NCBI GenBank assembly: GCA_965649765.1 | Contig: OZ287754.1 | Location: 33,852,001-33,916,000, forward strand | Source of the DNA: Bispira polyomma | Taxonomy: Eukaryota | Direction: 5' to 3' | DNA length: 64,000 nt | Shown here: one piece after another, positions 24,880 to 36,747 of the stretch | Layout: each line of letters starts with the position of its first letter | How positions within the stretch are numbered: the stretch's first letter is position 1 | Position numbers and translations under genes: made by a program | Notes under the pieces: generated by a model | The model's database searches: none | Told to the model about the DNA's origin: nothing | Seen by the model: the letters and a program-made list of their open reading frames with translations, nothing else

Positions 24880-25540
24880 GTACCACAGGGACTCCTGGTG
24901 ATACCATGGGACTTCTGGGAGTGATACCATGGGACTTCTGGGAGTGATACCATGGGACTTCTGGTGGTGATAGCAGGGAACTTCTGGGATGATACCAGGG
25001 GACTTCTGGGGGTGATACCAGGGGACTTCTGGGAGCGATACCATGGGACTTCTGGTGGTAATACCATGAGACTTCTGGTGGTAATACAATGAGACTTCTG
25101 AGGGTAATACCATGAGACTTTTGGTGGTAATACCATGAGACTTCTGGGGGCGATACCATGGGCCTTCTGGTGGTAATACCATGAAACTTCTGGTTGTAAT
25201 ACCATGAGACTTCTGGTGGTGATACCATAGGACTTTCGAGGGTGATACCATGGGACTTCTGGGGTGATACCAGAGGATTTCTAGGGGTACCACAGGACTT
25301 TTGGGGTACTATTGGGACTTCTGGGGTGATACCAGGAAACTTCTCCGAGGGTATAGGGTACCACAGGGACTTCTGGGGGTACTGTGGAGACTTTTGTAGA
25401 TGCTATAGGGACTTCTGGCTGTATCACGGGGGTATCATGGGGCTTCTGGGGGTACCACAAAAGCTCTAGGGGTACTACGGGAACTTCTGGGGGTACCATG
25501 GGGGTACCACAGTACTCTGAGGGTGACTCTGGGAACTTCT
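24880..25540. repeat. ~20-22-bp minisatellite (GGTGATACCATGGGACTTCTGG)n
   Basis: About 30 degenerate tandem units; duplicated at 45205-45665. Confidence 0.9.
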
Positions 25541-26258
25541 AGTCATACTACCACTCTAGGTGATTAAGGCTAAGCATGGGAGAGATTGGGACAGTTGTGG
25601 CACTACCTGTAATTCTTGTTTATAAAAAGTTCCTTCAATCTGTTCACCTGCATTATAATTCCGTTTGTATGTAGAATACTGTTGAGACCAGTCTCTATTC
25701 ACTATTTTGAAAAGCCCACCACTCTGATCATATTTCCTTCGTGTTTTCTGTATAGCAGAATAGCCAAGAATCAGGTGTTTCTTAATTTAAAGAAACACCT
25801 GATTCGAGGTGACAGTAACAAATTATATTTTTATATATTGTTTTGAGTCCTTTCAAATTTCTAAATACACATACACCCATTATAAATATAATTAAAGGTA
25901 AGGTGATACAATTTTATGTTAAAATAATTTTATATCATAATTTTGATGAATAAATGTAATACATATTTAAAAGTTACTGAATTTGATGTACCAATGTAAA
26001 CTTGAACTGACTAATTTATTAAACAAGGTCATTCAATAATGTGGCTCAAAAAGGGGACAGGACATTCTTTAAAAAGAAACATCTGTTTTAAACAATATGT
26101 ATCACCCAAACAGGAGTTTAATGGCATGTAATATTCTAACAAGATCCCCCATTAAATTTAAACTTCTTTTTTTCTTGAAATTTTCCCTGTATGGCTCGAG
26201 TTGTTCACTGTCACTTTAGCTAAGTTATGTGCAATCCAGCTGTAACCATTGGTAATAT

Positions 26259-27463
26259 TGTGACGACCCTTAAGCCAAGCCAATGTCCTATTTAAATAAG
26301 GTCAAAGTTCGCGTTGTGTTCATGTATGGCCAGTCGCCAAGATTACAGATTCAATTGGAATGAGCTATCAGTAGCCAGAGTTATTGAAGCCTGGTATCAA
26401 TAAAACTACCGACAGCCCGAGGTACTATAGGTTTACCACAAATAGAGTGAAAATTGCCAAATATAAACTTAAAGTATTTATTTAATAAAGTGGACTAAAA
26501 TTCGGCTTGTGTATTTTGCAATACAGCCGATGTATAATACAATAGGACATAAAAATGTACACAAATATGGTATAATATTGTAAACCAATACGGCTCCTGT
26601 ATATTACTATACAGCCGAAGTATAATATAATACAGGGCACAACACAATTAATTAAATTATAAACCTACACACATTTATCTTAAAAATGTGTGCCAACCAT
26701 ATTACTAACAGGCTATATTTAAGCTCACGAATTGTCCCTGTAAATTATATCAACACACCGATAATACAGCCTGCACCAAAAATAATACATTGTAGTAGTA
26801 ACTGTCAAATACATGTGTGTTTGTTTATCAACAAAAGGCGGTAAAAACAAAATCTTACAATAATACTCAATAAATATTAAATACTGGACTAAATTGCCTG
26901 AAAGTTACTGAAAGTATTCCTAATTAATAGTCAATCACTTTGGTTATACCGGATCCGAATAATATAACATCGAATTAATAATATAAGACAAAATGTCAGA
27001 GTAAATTAGTACAAGGATGTACCTCCGATTTCGCGGCCACGGTCACACCGAGGAGGTGTTTACCTCCGCGCCTTATATAAGCAGGAGTCGTAACCCTAAT
27101 TTGCCTACCGAACACCGAAATATATCCCCAAATGCATCAGTACACCACTTGGGAAACGAAGCTAACCGAACTACACCGACACCGAGATCAGGGATGTACA
27201 CGTAAAGTGATGACGTCATCGCCGAAATGCACAAAAATGGCGGTATATAATATATAAATATTATTAGTATTTGAATAGAAATGGTGCGAATATTTGACAT
27301 AACAACCTTAACTTCATCTTTTAAAGAGAAGTACATTTTATTTGCAATATTTTATTTGCCGTTTCTGGCTTTTATACTCCACATATTACCCAAATCACGA
27401 TCTCTTAAATCGGCGACCATATTATACAGTACTAAACTACTATGAGATGACAGGGTCATCTCA
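26259..27463 (-). repeat. 3' LTR of Gypsy element
   Basis: Direct repeat of 35552-36747; PPT (AAGGGGGGAG on minus strand) abuts at 27464-27473. Confidence 0.95.
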
Positions 27464-27842
27464 CTCCCCCCTTCTTAAAATCTGTTATGCCCTCATAACA
27501 CTCAAAGTACCATACTCTCCGAATTGACGGCTGAGTATGTGACCACTCCGGCACCTAAGCCAACAACTAATATAAATAATAAACTTGAGATATAACAATA
27601 GTAAAATGTCCATTATACAATAATATATCACCAGCATCTACAATGCATGAACACACTGGAAACCATTAATGACTGGTTATGAAGCTTAACCTTTTAAAAA
27701 CATTAAATAAAGTAACAACCACTGATACATGTGTATAATCAAATAAAACCAGTACATAGTCATGCTAAGAAATGTTCATAGAGTACACTATTTCATACTC
27801 TCTGTACTGTGAGTAAATATATATGTAATAACAGCCTAAAAC

Positions 27843-28001
27843 TGTCACTGTACTATGACAAAACAATTGTTAACTTAAAATACTGCGTCACTTTACTGTG
27901 GCAAAACAATTGTTAACTTAAAATACTGCGTCACTGTACTGTGGCAAAACAATTGTTAACTTAAAATACTGCGTCACTGTACTGTGGCAAAACAATTGTT
28001 A
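27843..28001. repeat. ~39-bp tandem repeat in Gypsy 3' UTR
   Basis: About 4 copies of GTCACTGTACTGTGGCAAAACAATTGTTAACTTAAAATACTGC-like unit. Confidence 0.85.
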
Positions 28002-28123
28002 GTTTAACATAAAAACACTGTTTTTAACACTCACCCACTATACTGTGAGTGGCAACGAAAATTCAAAATTATTATATATTTGATTTACTGCTACATACTT
28101 AATTTTTACATCTTTAATTGCAT

Positions 28124-29011
28124 TTATTCTTCCAAAAGGAACCCATCCCCCAAAACCATATCTTGAAAATGAAACATGTTGTCCAATTCGGTAGTGTCCA
28201 TATTGTCCAAAACATTGTCTTTAGAATTTAATTTAGCTTTTAGAGTCCTGATTTGTTCTTCTAGACTTTTCCTTGAACTTCTTTCCTTGGCCAGTTCTCG
28301 CTCTAAGGCATGTTCTTTAATACGTTGCTCCTTCAGTTCCAGGGCCTTCAGTTCTTTCTTGGCGGCCTTTTCTATTTCGGACCACTCATGAACTTTGCGT
28401 TGTGCCCTAACAACCTGATGGATAAGTTCCTGCTTGCGAGAAGAGTCTTGGGCAGTCAGACTGGAGCCTTCTACCAGCCGTGTCTGAGGCTGAGGCACTG
28501 ATATAGGGTCGGCTTGCTCCACTGAGCTTTCCGGTATATCAGCCCCTGGTATAACGTTATCCGCTGGGGCAGCCACCACCTCGACATCTGTTGGATCTTC
28601 AGCAGTGAACTGGACTTTAAGATTTCTTAGTGGAATGTCTTTTGGCACAAACTGTAGTTGTTGGACGGGTACTCCCTTTGCTGATTCCGTAATCGGCACA
28701 ACAGAAAGGGATGCCGATGGCTTTTTTATCAAATGTCTTTCAAGGTCGTACGGCCTTCTAAACATTCTGCAGGAGGCGTCCGCACTGCATCGGTATAACA
28801 CTATCTGTTTTTGATGGACCTCTTCCCAATGTCTTACCAGCCCAAACCTCTGGCCAAAACTCAAGTTCTTGGTTTTGCAATTGGGCACCAAACAAAGGAA
28901 CCTCCCTTTTTCTTTTTTCCAACCACACTTTCCCCCAGTCTTCTCTCCTGCCTCAAAACTATCCACCTCCTCAAACTGAGCCAGATCAAACACAAACTCG
29001 TCCATGGACAT
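28124..29011 (-). CDS. Extra (env-position) ORF of Gypsy element: C2H2-like zinc fingers + coiled coil
   Basis: Open 295-aa ORF between pol and the PPT; C-x4-C...H-x4-H and a second C-x5-C...H unit; heptad-rich C-terminus; polypyrimidine/TTTCAG acceptor just upstream. Confidence 0.7.
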   Translation of the reverse strand: MSMDEFVFDLAQFEEVDSFEAGEKTGGKCGWKKEKGRFLCLVPNCKTKNLSFGQRFGLVRHWEEVHQKQIVLYRCSADASCRMFRRPYDLERHLIKKPSASLSVVPITESAKGVPVQQLQFVPKDIPLRNLKVQFTAEDPTDVEVVAAPADNVIPGADIPESSVEQADPISVPQPQTRLVEGSSLTAQDSSRKQELIHQVVRAQRKVHEWSEIEKAAKKELKALELKEQRIKEHALERELAKERSSRKSLEEQIRTLKAKLNSKDNVLDNMDTTELDNMFHFQDMVLGDGFLLEE

Positions 29012-29093
29012 TTTGAACTAAACTGAAATTATAAAAAAAAACAAAAAAAAAACATACTGTTAGGTTATGTGATGAACACCTTTAACCTTAAAC

Positions 29094-32000
29094 TTAGTCT
29101 AAGTCAGTTTGGATGCTAACATCCCTACTATCACCTTGTGATATCCAGATAACTGGAGTATCACTGTGTCCATAGGTTTTGATATGGTCGATATGAACAG
29201 TAATAGGGTGAGAGTTTTCATCTTTCTGAACCCTGTAATTGACCTCCCCTAACCGATTTATGACTAAGTATGGCCCTTTCCAACCTCTACCAAATTTTTC
29301 TTTAGCCTTAGGAGGATAAAATACCCACACCCAGTCACCTCGCTTAAAGCTTCGTGTTTGAGCGTTGGTATCATACAAACGTTTCTGTTTTTCAGCACTT
29401 TTCCTTAAGTTTTGCCTTACAAAAGAATAAGCTTCACTCATAGCATCTCTAACCCATTCAACATACTCTACTGGACAACTAGGACCCCCCGAAGAAGTTG
29501 GACAGCCCTCATACATTAAATCTACAGGTAGCCTTAATTCCCTACCAAACATAAGAAGATTTGGTGAACACTTGGTACTTTCTTGTACTGTAGATCTATA
29601 GGCTAACATAACATATGGTAAATGATCATCCCAATCATTACCATTCTAATTAACTGTTGCCCTTAGTAACTGCCTTAGAGTTCTATTCATGCGCTCTACT
29701 AGACCATCTGACTGTGGTCGATAACGAGAAGTCCTTGTTTTTCCCCATATCTAATAACTTGCACAGTTCCTTAAAAAGCACTGACTCATAATTCCTGCCC
29801 TGGTCAGTATGGATCACCAATGGTATTCCGTAACGGCAAAACCACTGAGTCACCAAACAATCGGCCACTGTCTGAGCAGTTTGATCAGGAATCCCATAAG
29901 CCTCGACAAACTTAGTGAAATAATCTTGGACAACTAAGATATAATTGTTACCATTCTTAGTATGCACTACAGGACCCATAATATCACAAGCTATCCTTTC
30001 TAAGGGTGCACCTGCTAACTGTTGCTTTAATGGAGCCCTCTTAGGATTATGCCCAGCCTTAAAGCTCTCACACACCTTACATGTCTGACACCACCTCACA
30101 ATGTCTCGTTTATAGCCTGGCCAATAGAACCTAGTCCTGAGTTTACATACGGTTCTTCTGACACTAAAGTGTCCCCCAATTCTATTGCTATGGAACTGCA
30201 TAAAGATTTCCTTCTCCAAGTCTATGGGAACTACATACTGAAGTACTGGACAACTACTAAAGTCATCAGAAATCCATTCACGATACAAGATACCATCCTT
30301 GACCTTAAGAACTGACCACTGAGCACACAAACACCTAAACAAATCACTCTGCCCATTGATTTCTGCCTTTTGTGGTTTATCACCTCCGGCAGATTTCAAC
30401 TTCAACATGTGACTAATGTCCTCATCTTGGCACTGAAAATTTCTCAGCTCATCAAGAGACCACTTATCAGCCCAATTTGAATCACGAACCCTGGAACTAA
30501 CTGAGAACCCTCTAGATGCAATACTAAAGCCAGTGTTAGACTCACTAACCCTGCCACCTGATGCGGAGTTAGAACCACCATTCACATTACCCTCTGTAGA
30601 CTCACTATGTGATACACCAGTGTCACTAAGACCACCTGACCCAGTTTCAGTGTTGGACTCACCCTCAGACCTACCAGTGGCCTTAGATTTCCCACACCCC
30701 TGAGTATCACCCTGTCTTTTCAACTGACCCCTAGTTACCACACACACACAATCCGATAATTTCAAGGCACATTCCTCACAATCCTCACGCTTACACTTGC
30801 GTGGAGGTATCCTTGACAACCCATCGGCATTACAGTGCCAAGTCCCCTTCCTATGTTGGACTTCATAATCATAATTACTAAGAACTGACAACCACCTAGC
30901 CAACATACCTTCTTGCTCACGAAAATTCACTAACCACTTGAGCGAAGCATGATCTGTTCTTAGCAAAAACCATCTACCCCAGAGATAATGATGAAACTGC
31001 TTCATGAAAACAACACAAGCTAACAACTCCCTCATAGTGGTACAATAATTTCTTTGTGTTTTACTCAGAGTTTTGCTACCATACCCAATGACCCGTTCTT
31101 CACCATTCTCCTGCACTTGACTTAACACTCCACCACAACCATACAAACTAGCATCCGTATCAAGAATAAACAAACCCTATTGGCTAGGATAAGCTAAGAT
31201 AGGACTTGAAACTAATTTCTCCTTAAGCTTTTCAAAAGCGGCCTCGCATGACTCAGTCCACTCGTACTTCACATTTTTCTTTGTTAATTCATACAATGGA
31301 GCGGCTTCGCTCGAAAAACCCCTCACAAAGGACCTATAATAACTTGCAAATCCCAAGAAAGAACGGACTTCCTTTACACAAGAAGGTCTAGGCCAATCTA
31401 CTATAGCTTCTAATTTCTTAGGATCACAACTAACACCCTGATCAGAAACAACATGACCTAGAAACGCAACACTTTCCTGGAAAAATCTACACTTGGAAAC
31501 CTTAAGTTTTAACCTTGCCCAGCGAAACCTTTCAAATATCACCTGCAAACTCTCAAATGTTTCCTCAAAATCAGTACCAAATGAGATTACATCATCTAAG
31601 TACAGCACACATTTTTTCCACTGTAACCCACGGAGGACTTTCTCCATTAGAGACTCAAAAGTTGATGGAGCAGTTGTTAACCCAAAGGGCATGACAGTGA
31701 ACTGCATCAACCCTTTCCTAGTATAAAAAGCTGTTTTACACTTGTCCCTTTCAATCATTGGAATTTGATGATAGCCACTGGCCAAATCCATAGTACAAAA
31801 GAACCTAGCTCCACCAAGAGAAGATAAACATTCCTGTGTATTAGGCAATCCTACCGCCGATTTTCTAGATATTTCATTAATCGTGCGATAATCCACACAA
31901 ACGCGAATACTACCATCCTTTTTAGTTACAATAACTAAAGGTGAAGCCCATGGACCATCACTACACTCTATTAACCCCTGTTCCTCCAATATATCAAGTT

Positions 32001-33050
32001 CCTTTTGTACTATTTCCCTCTGGGCAATAGGTAACCTACGTGGACATTGCTTAATAGGTGAATGGTCACCCGTATCTATACAGTGTTTGGTTAAAGGGGT
32101 TGACCCTAGCTTCCCATCAGGCCCCACAAAAATGTCCTGATAATCAATTAACAACTTTTCAAACCTCTTAACCTCTTGAATAGACAACTTGTTTGTCACT
32201 GACTCAATCAATGGCCTTAAATGTTCAGGTAAAACAGGTTCCTTAACATTAACCTCCTCAGAGTTAACCTTCATGACAGAACCTTGATCCTTTGGACTGA
32301 GAAAACTTACAACCTTATTCACTGGCTGCAACAAAGCTACAGTAGAACCCTTACTAAGAGTAATCATCTTGTCTGTTAGGTTTGCCACCCTTAATGGAAC
32401 AACTGACTTTTCAGTCTGAACTAAGCTTTTAGCCACTAATAATCCAGTCTGAGGAAAAATCAACCTAGTAGGCTCAACAAGTCTGCATTTCCTGTGGGAA
32501 ACCCAATGATTACTATCGAACCTACCAGAAATAATCATTTCATGATTTGATGGAATACAACAGGTTTCAGACACTTGAATGCGTGCACAACGTGTATCAC
32601 CTTTGCGGTGTAAAGTCACCTTATGTACACCCATTCTCATGTAACCTTTACCCATGTGAAGAATACAATCATTCTGTTCCATGAACTCAAGTCCAAGAAT
32701 AGTACTCTTATCTCCTAGAGCTACTACCTTAACACAACTCTCAACACTTCTACCTCCTAACTCTAACGACAGAGTAACCTCACCTAAAACTTTAAGAAGC
32801 TCACCACTAGCACTCCTTAATGCAACATTACAATCCTGTAGCCTGGACTTAACACTATCAGGTAAACTACGAAAGAATTCTATGTCAACAACTGTGTATG
32901 TTGACCCAGAATCAACCAAGAAATCTGAAACGACTCCCTCAACAACTCTTCTTACATACCAACAAGAAGCACTAATGACCTCAACAATTCCCTCAGTGGG
33001 CCGTACAATTGAACTTGCTGTGGATTTGGCCCCAATCCCAGCACTATTTA
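29094..33050 (-). pseudogene. Gypsy Pol (PR-RT-RNaseH-IN) with one stop and one frameshift
   Basis: Protease LVDSGS, RT YLDD, RNase H DTDAS/TDHASL, integrase HHCC + DIMGP/TDQG, GPY motif; TAG at 31177-31179; frameshift near 29720. Confidence 0.92.
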
Positions 33051-34511
33051 GTTTAACTGATTAGGATTTCTGCCAAAATGCTTCCCTACATTCTGACCAG
33101 ACACAACCTGTTTGGGACAATCTTTCTGAAAATGACCAAGCTCCTTACACCTGAAACACTGAATGTTATCCAACCTAAACTCCTTGGGTTTTGGCTTATC
33201 AGTATTGCCCCTGAATGTACCCTTATAGGCTGGGTTATTGTCAGCCTTTATTTGCTGCATGTCCTTCTTAAGAGCCCCAAGCTCCCTAGAACTATTTTGT
33301 AAGGTTGACCAAATTTTCTGGAGCAAATTCTTTTCTGACTGTTGATCAACCTGATCCAACTGATTTAGAGCACCACACTCCCTACCCTTATTCATGGGTT
33401 TTTGCAGAATTTTCTTATGACCATCCCCATACTCAAAACTCTCGCATTCCATTGCCAAAGAAATAGCCTCATTAAGAGATTTTGGATGACCAAACTGAAC
33501 GTGCCTTTTTAGCTCAGGCCTAGCTAACCCCATAATAAACTGATCTAAGACCCATTGTTCCTGACAATCATGTGGGATATTGGGAAAAGCCCTGACTGCT
33601 AAGCGACGTAATGTATAGCCATACTGCGTGACAGATTCATCAGGCCTACGAACCCTATTACGAAACTCCAACCTATATGTAATTTTCATTTCTGAAGGAT
33701 TGAACCGCCTAATTAACTCCCTAACCAAACTGTCAAAGTCCTCAGTTCCCCCATAGTAAGCAACATCACCTAACACCCTTTGTGCAGGACCCTTCAAGCT
33801 CATAGCTAACTGCATGCCTTTTTCCTCATATGACCACCCATTCCACTCTGCTACTGTCTCAAAATGCTGAATGTAATCACTCCATTCAGTTTTTTCCCCA
33901 TCAAACTTATCCGGCTCACGCTGTTTGCGTCCAAAACGCCTATTGCGTGACCGATTGTCACCTAGTGGTATGCCAAAGTTACTACCCAATAGCCTACCTC
34001 TAGTATCCCTACCTCTGGTATGACTACTCACTGGGTTGGGAATGACCGACTCGGATGTAATATGCATTGGTCTCCTTTGTACACCTTCATTGGTGTTTAC
34101 AGGCTGCCCATACACATGTTCATCCTTCCGTGGCTGCCAAACCTGGGCCTCTGGCCTTAACCTGCCACCACTACCTACTTTCTTTTGGACCTCCCCCCTT
34201 CTACCTACAAAAGTAGGGGTTGAATGCCTTATTTGATCACCTAACTCATCTGACGTGTCATAAAACACCTCATCATCAGAGTCCTGATCCCTATTTCCCA
34301 TTCCATGTGAAGCATTCACATTGAAATAATTCTGATTAGCAGGAGTTGTCTTATTCAGTAAACCCTTAGAGTGCCTATCAGGAATCCTATTAAACTGGAC
34401 CTCCTCATCTAACCCTGATACATTCCCCTGGCCCTTAAGCTGTTTTTTAGGCCACCTAGGAACCCAATCAGAAACCACCTGAATCCAACTCTTAGACTTC
34501 CTAATAGTCAT
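33048..34511 (-). CDS. Gypsy Gag
   Basis: 487-aa ORF; capsid-like PDKFDG..W..Y..HFE; CCHC knuckle CFRCKELGHFQKDC. Confidence 0.9.
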   Translation of the reverse strand: MTIRKSKSWIQVVSDWVPRWPKKQLKGQGNVSGLDEEVQFNRIPDRHSKGLLNKTTPANQNYFNVNASHGMGNRDQDSDDEVFYDTSDELGDQIRHSTPTFVGRRGEVQKKVGSGGRLRPEAQVWQPRKDEHVYGQPVNTNEGVQRRPMHITSESVIPNPVSSHTRGRDTRGRLLGSNFGIPLGDNRSRNRRFGRKQREPDKFDGEKTEWSDYIQHFETVAEWNGWSYEEKGMQLAMSLKGPAQRVLGDVAYYGGTEDFDSLVRELIRRFNPSEMKITYRLEFRNRVRRPDESVTQYGYTLRRLAVRAFPNIPHDCQEQWVLDQFIMGLARPELKRHVQFGHPKSLNEAISLAMECESFEYGDGHKKILQKPMNKGRECGALNQLDQVDQQSEKNLLQKIWSTLQNSSRELGALKKDMQQIKADNNPAYKGTFRGNTDKPKPKEFRLDNIQCFRCKELGHFQKDCPKQVVSGQNVGKHFGRNPNQLN

Positions 34512-35526
34512 TTTTATCCCTGTATAGCCTTAGTTTATGAAGAAGTAAGTTAACGACGACAAAAACAATCAGATATATGTTGGAATATAAAGTGCTGTTT
34601 TTCACCTCAGTGACACCTTGGGTATTAACGTTTCTGTTTTTCACTATGTGTAGCTCTTACTGTATTACTGTTTATATCACCTTTATAGTATTTCACCCTT
34701 GTGTTACCATTGTGTCACAGTACTAATACAATTTTATGCACCTTGGCATACACCTCAGGTATATAACCTTCTGTGTCAAAACCTTTGTGCTGACCTTACA
34801 TACACTCAGGCATACACATGCACACCAATCACTGTTTTATGTCACCTAGTAAGTAATCTTGGTGATTACTCTGTGAGAACAGTGATATATGTCTTTGTAC
34901 TGAATATTTTGATATGGAATGATATGATACAATCAATTAATTACTGCTTTATACCACCCGGTATCAACATAAGGTAAGTACCATTTGTGCCAATATCCTG
35001 TGTTAGCAATAATTTACAAACACTCTATTACTGTTTTATCTCACCAAAGTATTCGCCTCAGGCGTGTACCATTTTTGGCTATCATGAATACCTGTGTTAA
35101 CAATAATAACATACATACAATCAATCACCCGTAATTTTGTTGTGTGAAGAGTAAGTAAATCACTGTTTTATACCACCATAGTAAAGTACACCAATGTGTT
35201 GCTACTTGTGAGAACAGTGATTTAAATGAACCAAGCACACAATTTACTGTTTAATTCACCTTAGTAAAATACACCACTGTGTTGCTACTTTTGTGTTAAA
35301 AACAGAAAATTTTCATTCACAACTCTATTACTGTCTATTTCACCCTGGTAATATACCGATGTATTTACCATGTGTCAGCACAGTAATTTCATGTACACAA
35401 CAATTAAATAACTACAGATTTGGACACCTCAGTTATAAATACATATACAGGTACAATTATTAACGGTATTTAAACAACATTCCAACTTAAGTTTATTTGG
35501 CAAGTACAATAATTTAATAAATTCCA

Positions 35527-35544
35527 ATCCTGGTCACGGCACCA
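35527..35544 (-). promoter_or_regulatory. Primer-binding site complementary to tRNA-His 3' end
   Basis: TGGTGCCGTGACCAGGAT, 7 nt downstream of the 5' LTR. Confidence 0.8.
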
Positions 35545-35551
35545 AAATTTC

Positions 35552-36747
35552 TGGGACGACCCTTAAGCCAAGCCAATGTCCTATTTAAATAAGGTCAAAG
35601 TTCGCGTTGTGTTCATGTATGGCCAGTCGCCAAGATTACAGATTCAATTGGAATGAGCTATCAGTAGCCAGAGTTATTGAAGCCTGGTATCAATAAAACT
35701 ACCGACAGCCCGAGGTACTATAGGTTTACCACAAATAGAGTGAAAATTGCCAAATATAAACTTAAAGTATTTATTTAATAAAGTGGACTAAAATTCGGCT
35801 TGTGTATTTTGCAATACAGCCGATGTATAATACAATAGGACATAAAAATGTACACAAATATGGTATAATATTGTAAACCAATACGGCTCCTGTATATTAC
35901 TATACAGCCGAAGTATAATATAATACAGGGCACAACAAAATTAATTAAATTATAAACCTACACACATTTATCTTAAAAATGTGTGCCAACCATATTACTA
36001 ACAGGCTATATTTAAGCTCACGAATTGTCCCTGTAAATTATATCAACACACCGATAATACAGCCTGCACCAAAAATACTACATTGTAGTAGTAACTGTCA
36101 AATACATGTGTGTTTGTTTATCAACGAAAGGCGGTAAAAACAAAATCTTACAATAATACTCAATAAATATTTAATACTGGACTAAATTGCCTGAAAGTTA
36201 CTGAAAGTATTCCTAATTAATAGTCAATCACTTTGGTTATACCGGATCCGAATAATATAACATCAAATTAATAATATAAGACAAAATGTCAGAGTAAATT
36301 AGTACAAGGATGTACCTCCGATTTCGCGGCCACGGTCACACCGAGGAGGTGTTTACCTCCGCGCCTTATATAAGCAGGAGTCGTAACCCTAATTTGCATA
36401 CCGAACACCAAAATATATCCCCAAATGCATCAGTACACCGCTTGGGAAACGAAGCTAACCGAACTACACCGACACCGAGATCGGGGATGTACACGTAAAG
36501 TGATGACGTCATCGCCGAAGTTCACAAAAATGGCGGTATATAATATATAAATATTATTAGTATTTGAATAGAAATGGTGCGAATATTTGACATAACAACC
36601 TTAACTTCATCTTTTAAAGAGAAGTACATTTTATTTGCAATAAAATGAGCCGTTTCTGGCTTTTATACTCCACATATTACCCCAATCACGATCTCTTAAA
36701 TCGGCGACCATATTATACAGTACTAAACTACTACGAGAGTCATCTCA
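35552..36747 (-). repeat. 5' LTR of Gypsy element
   Basis: Direct repeat of 26259-27463, with roughly 15 substitutions and 2 small indels by eye. Confidence 0.95.

Larger units (their letters stand above)
26259..36747 (-). mobile_element. Gypsy/Ty3 LTR retrotransposon, full length, young
   Basis: Two ~1.2-kb near-identical LTRs (TG...CA), ATAT TSD, PBS, PPT, gag-pol and an extra ORF. Confidence 0.97.

Noticed and set aside
24816-25499. Overlapping ORFs with PEVPWYH/MVSP repeats (also 45279-45593)
   Set aside because: They are translations of a minisatellite that is open in several frames, with no gene structure.
27017-27205. 62-aa ORF duplicated at 36310-36498
   Set aside because: It lies within the LTRs; the duplication simply reflects LTR identity.
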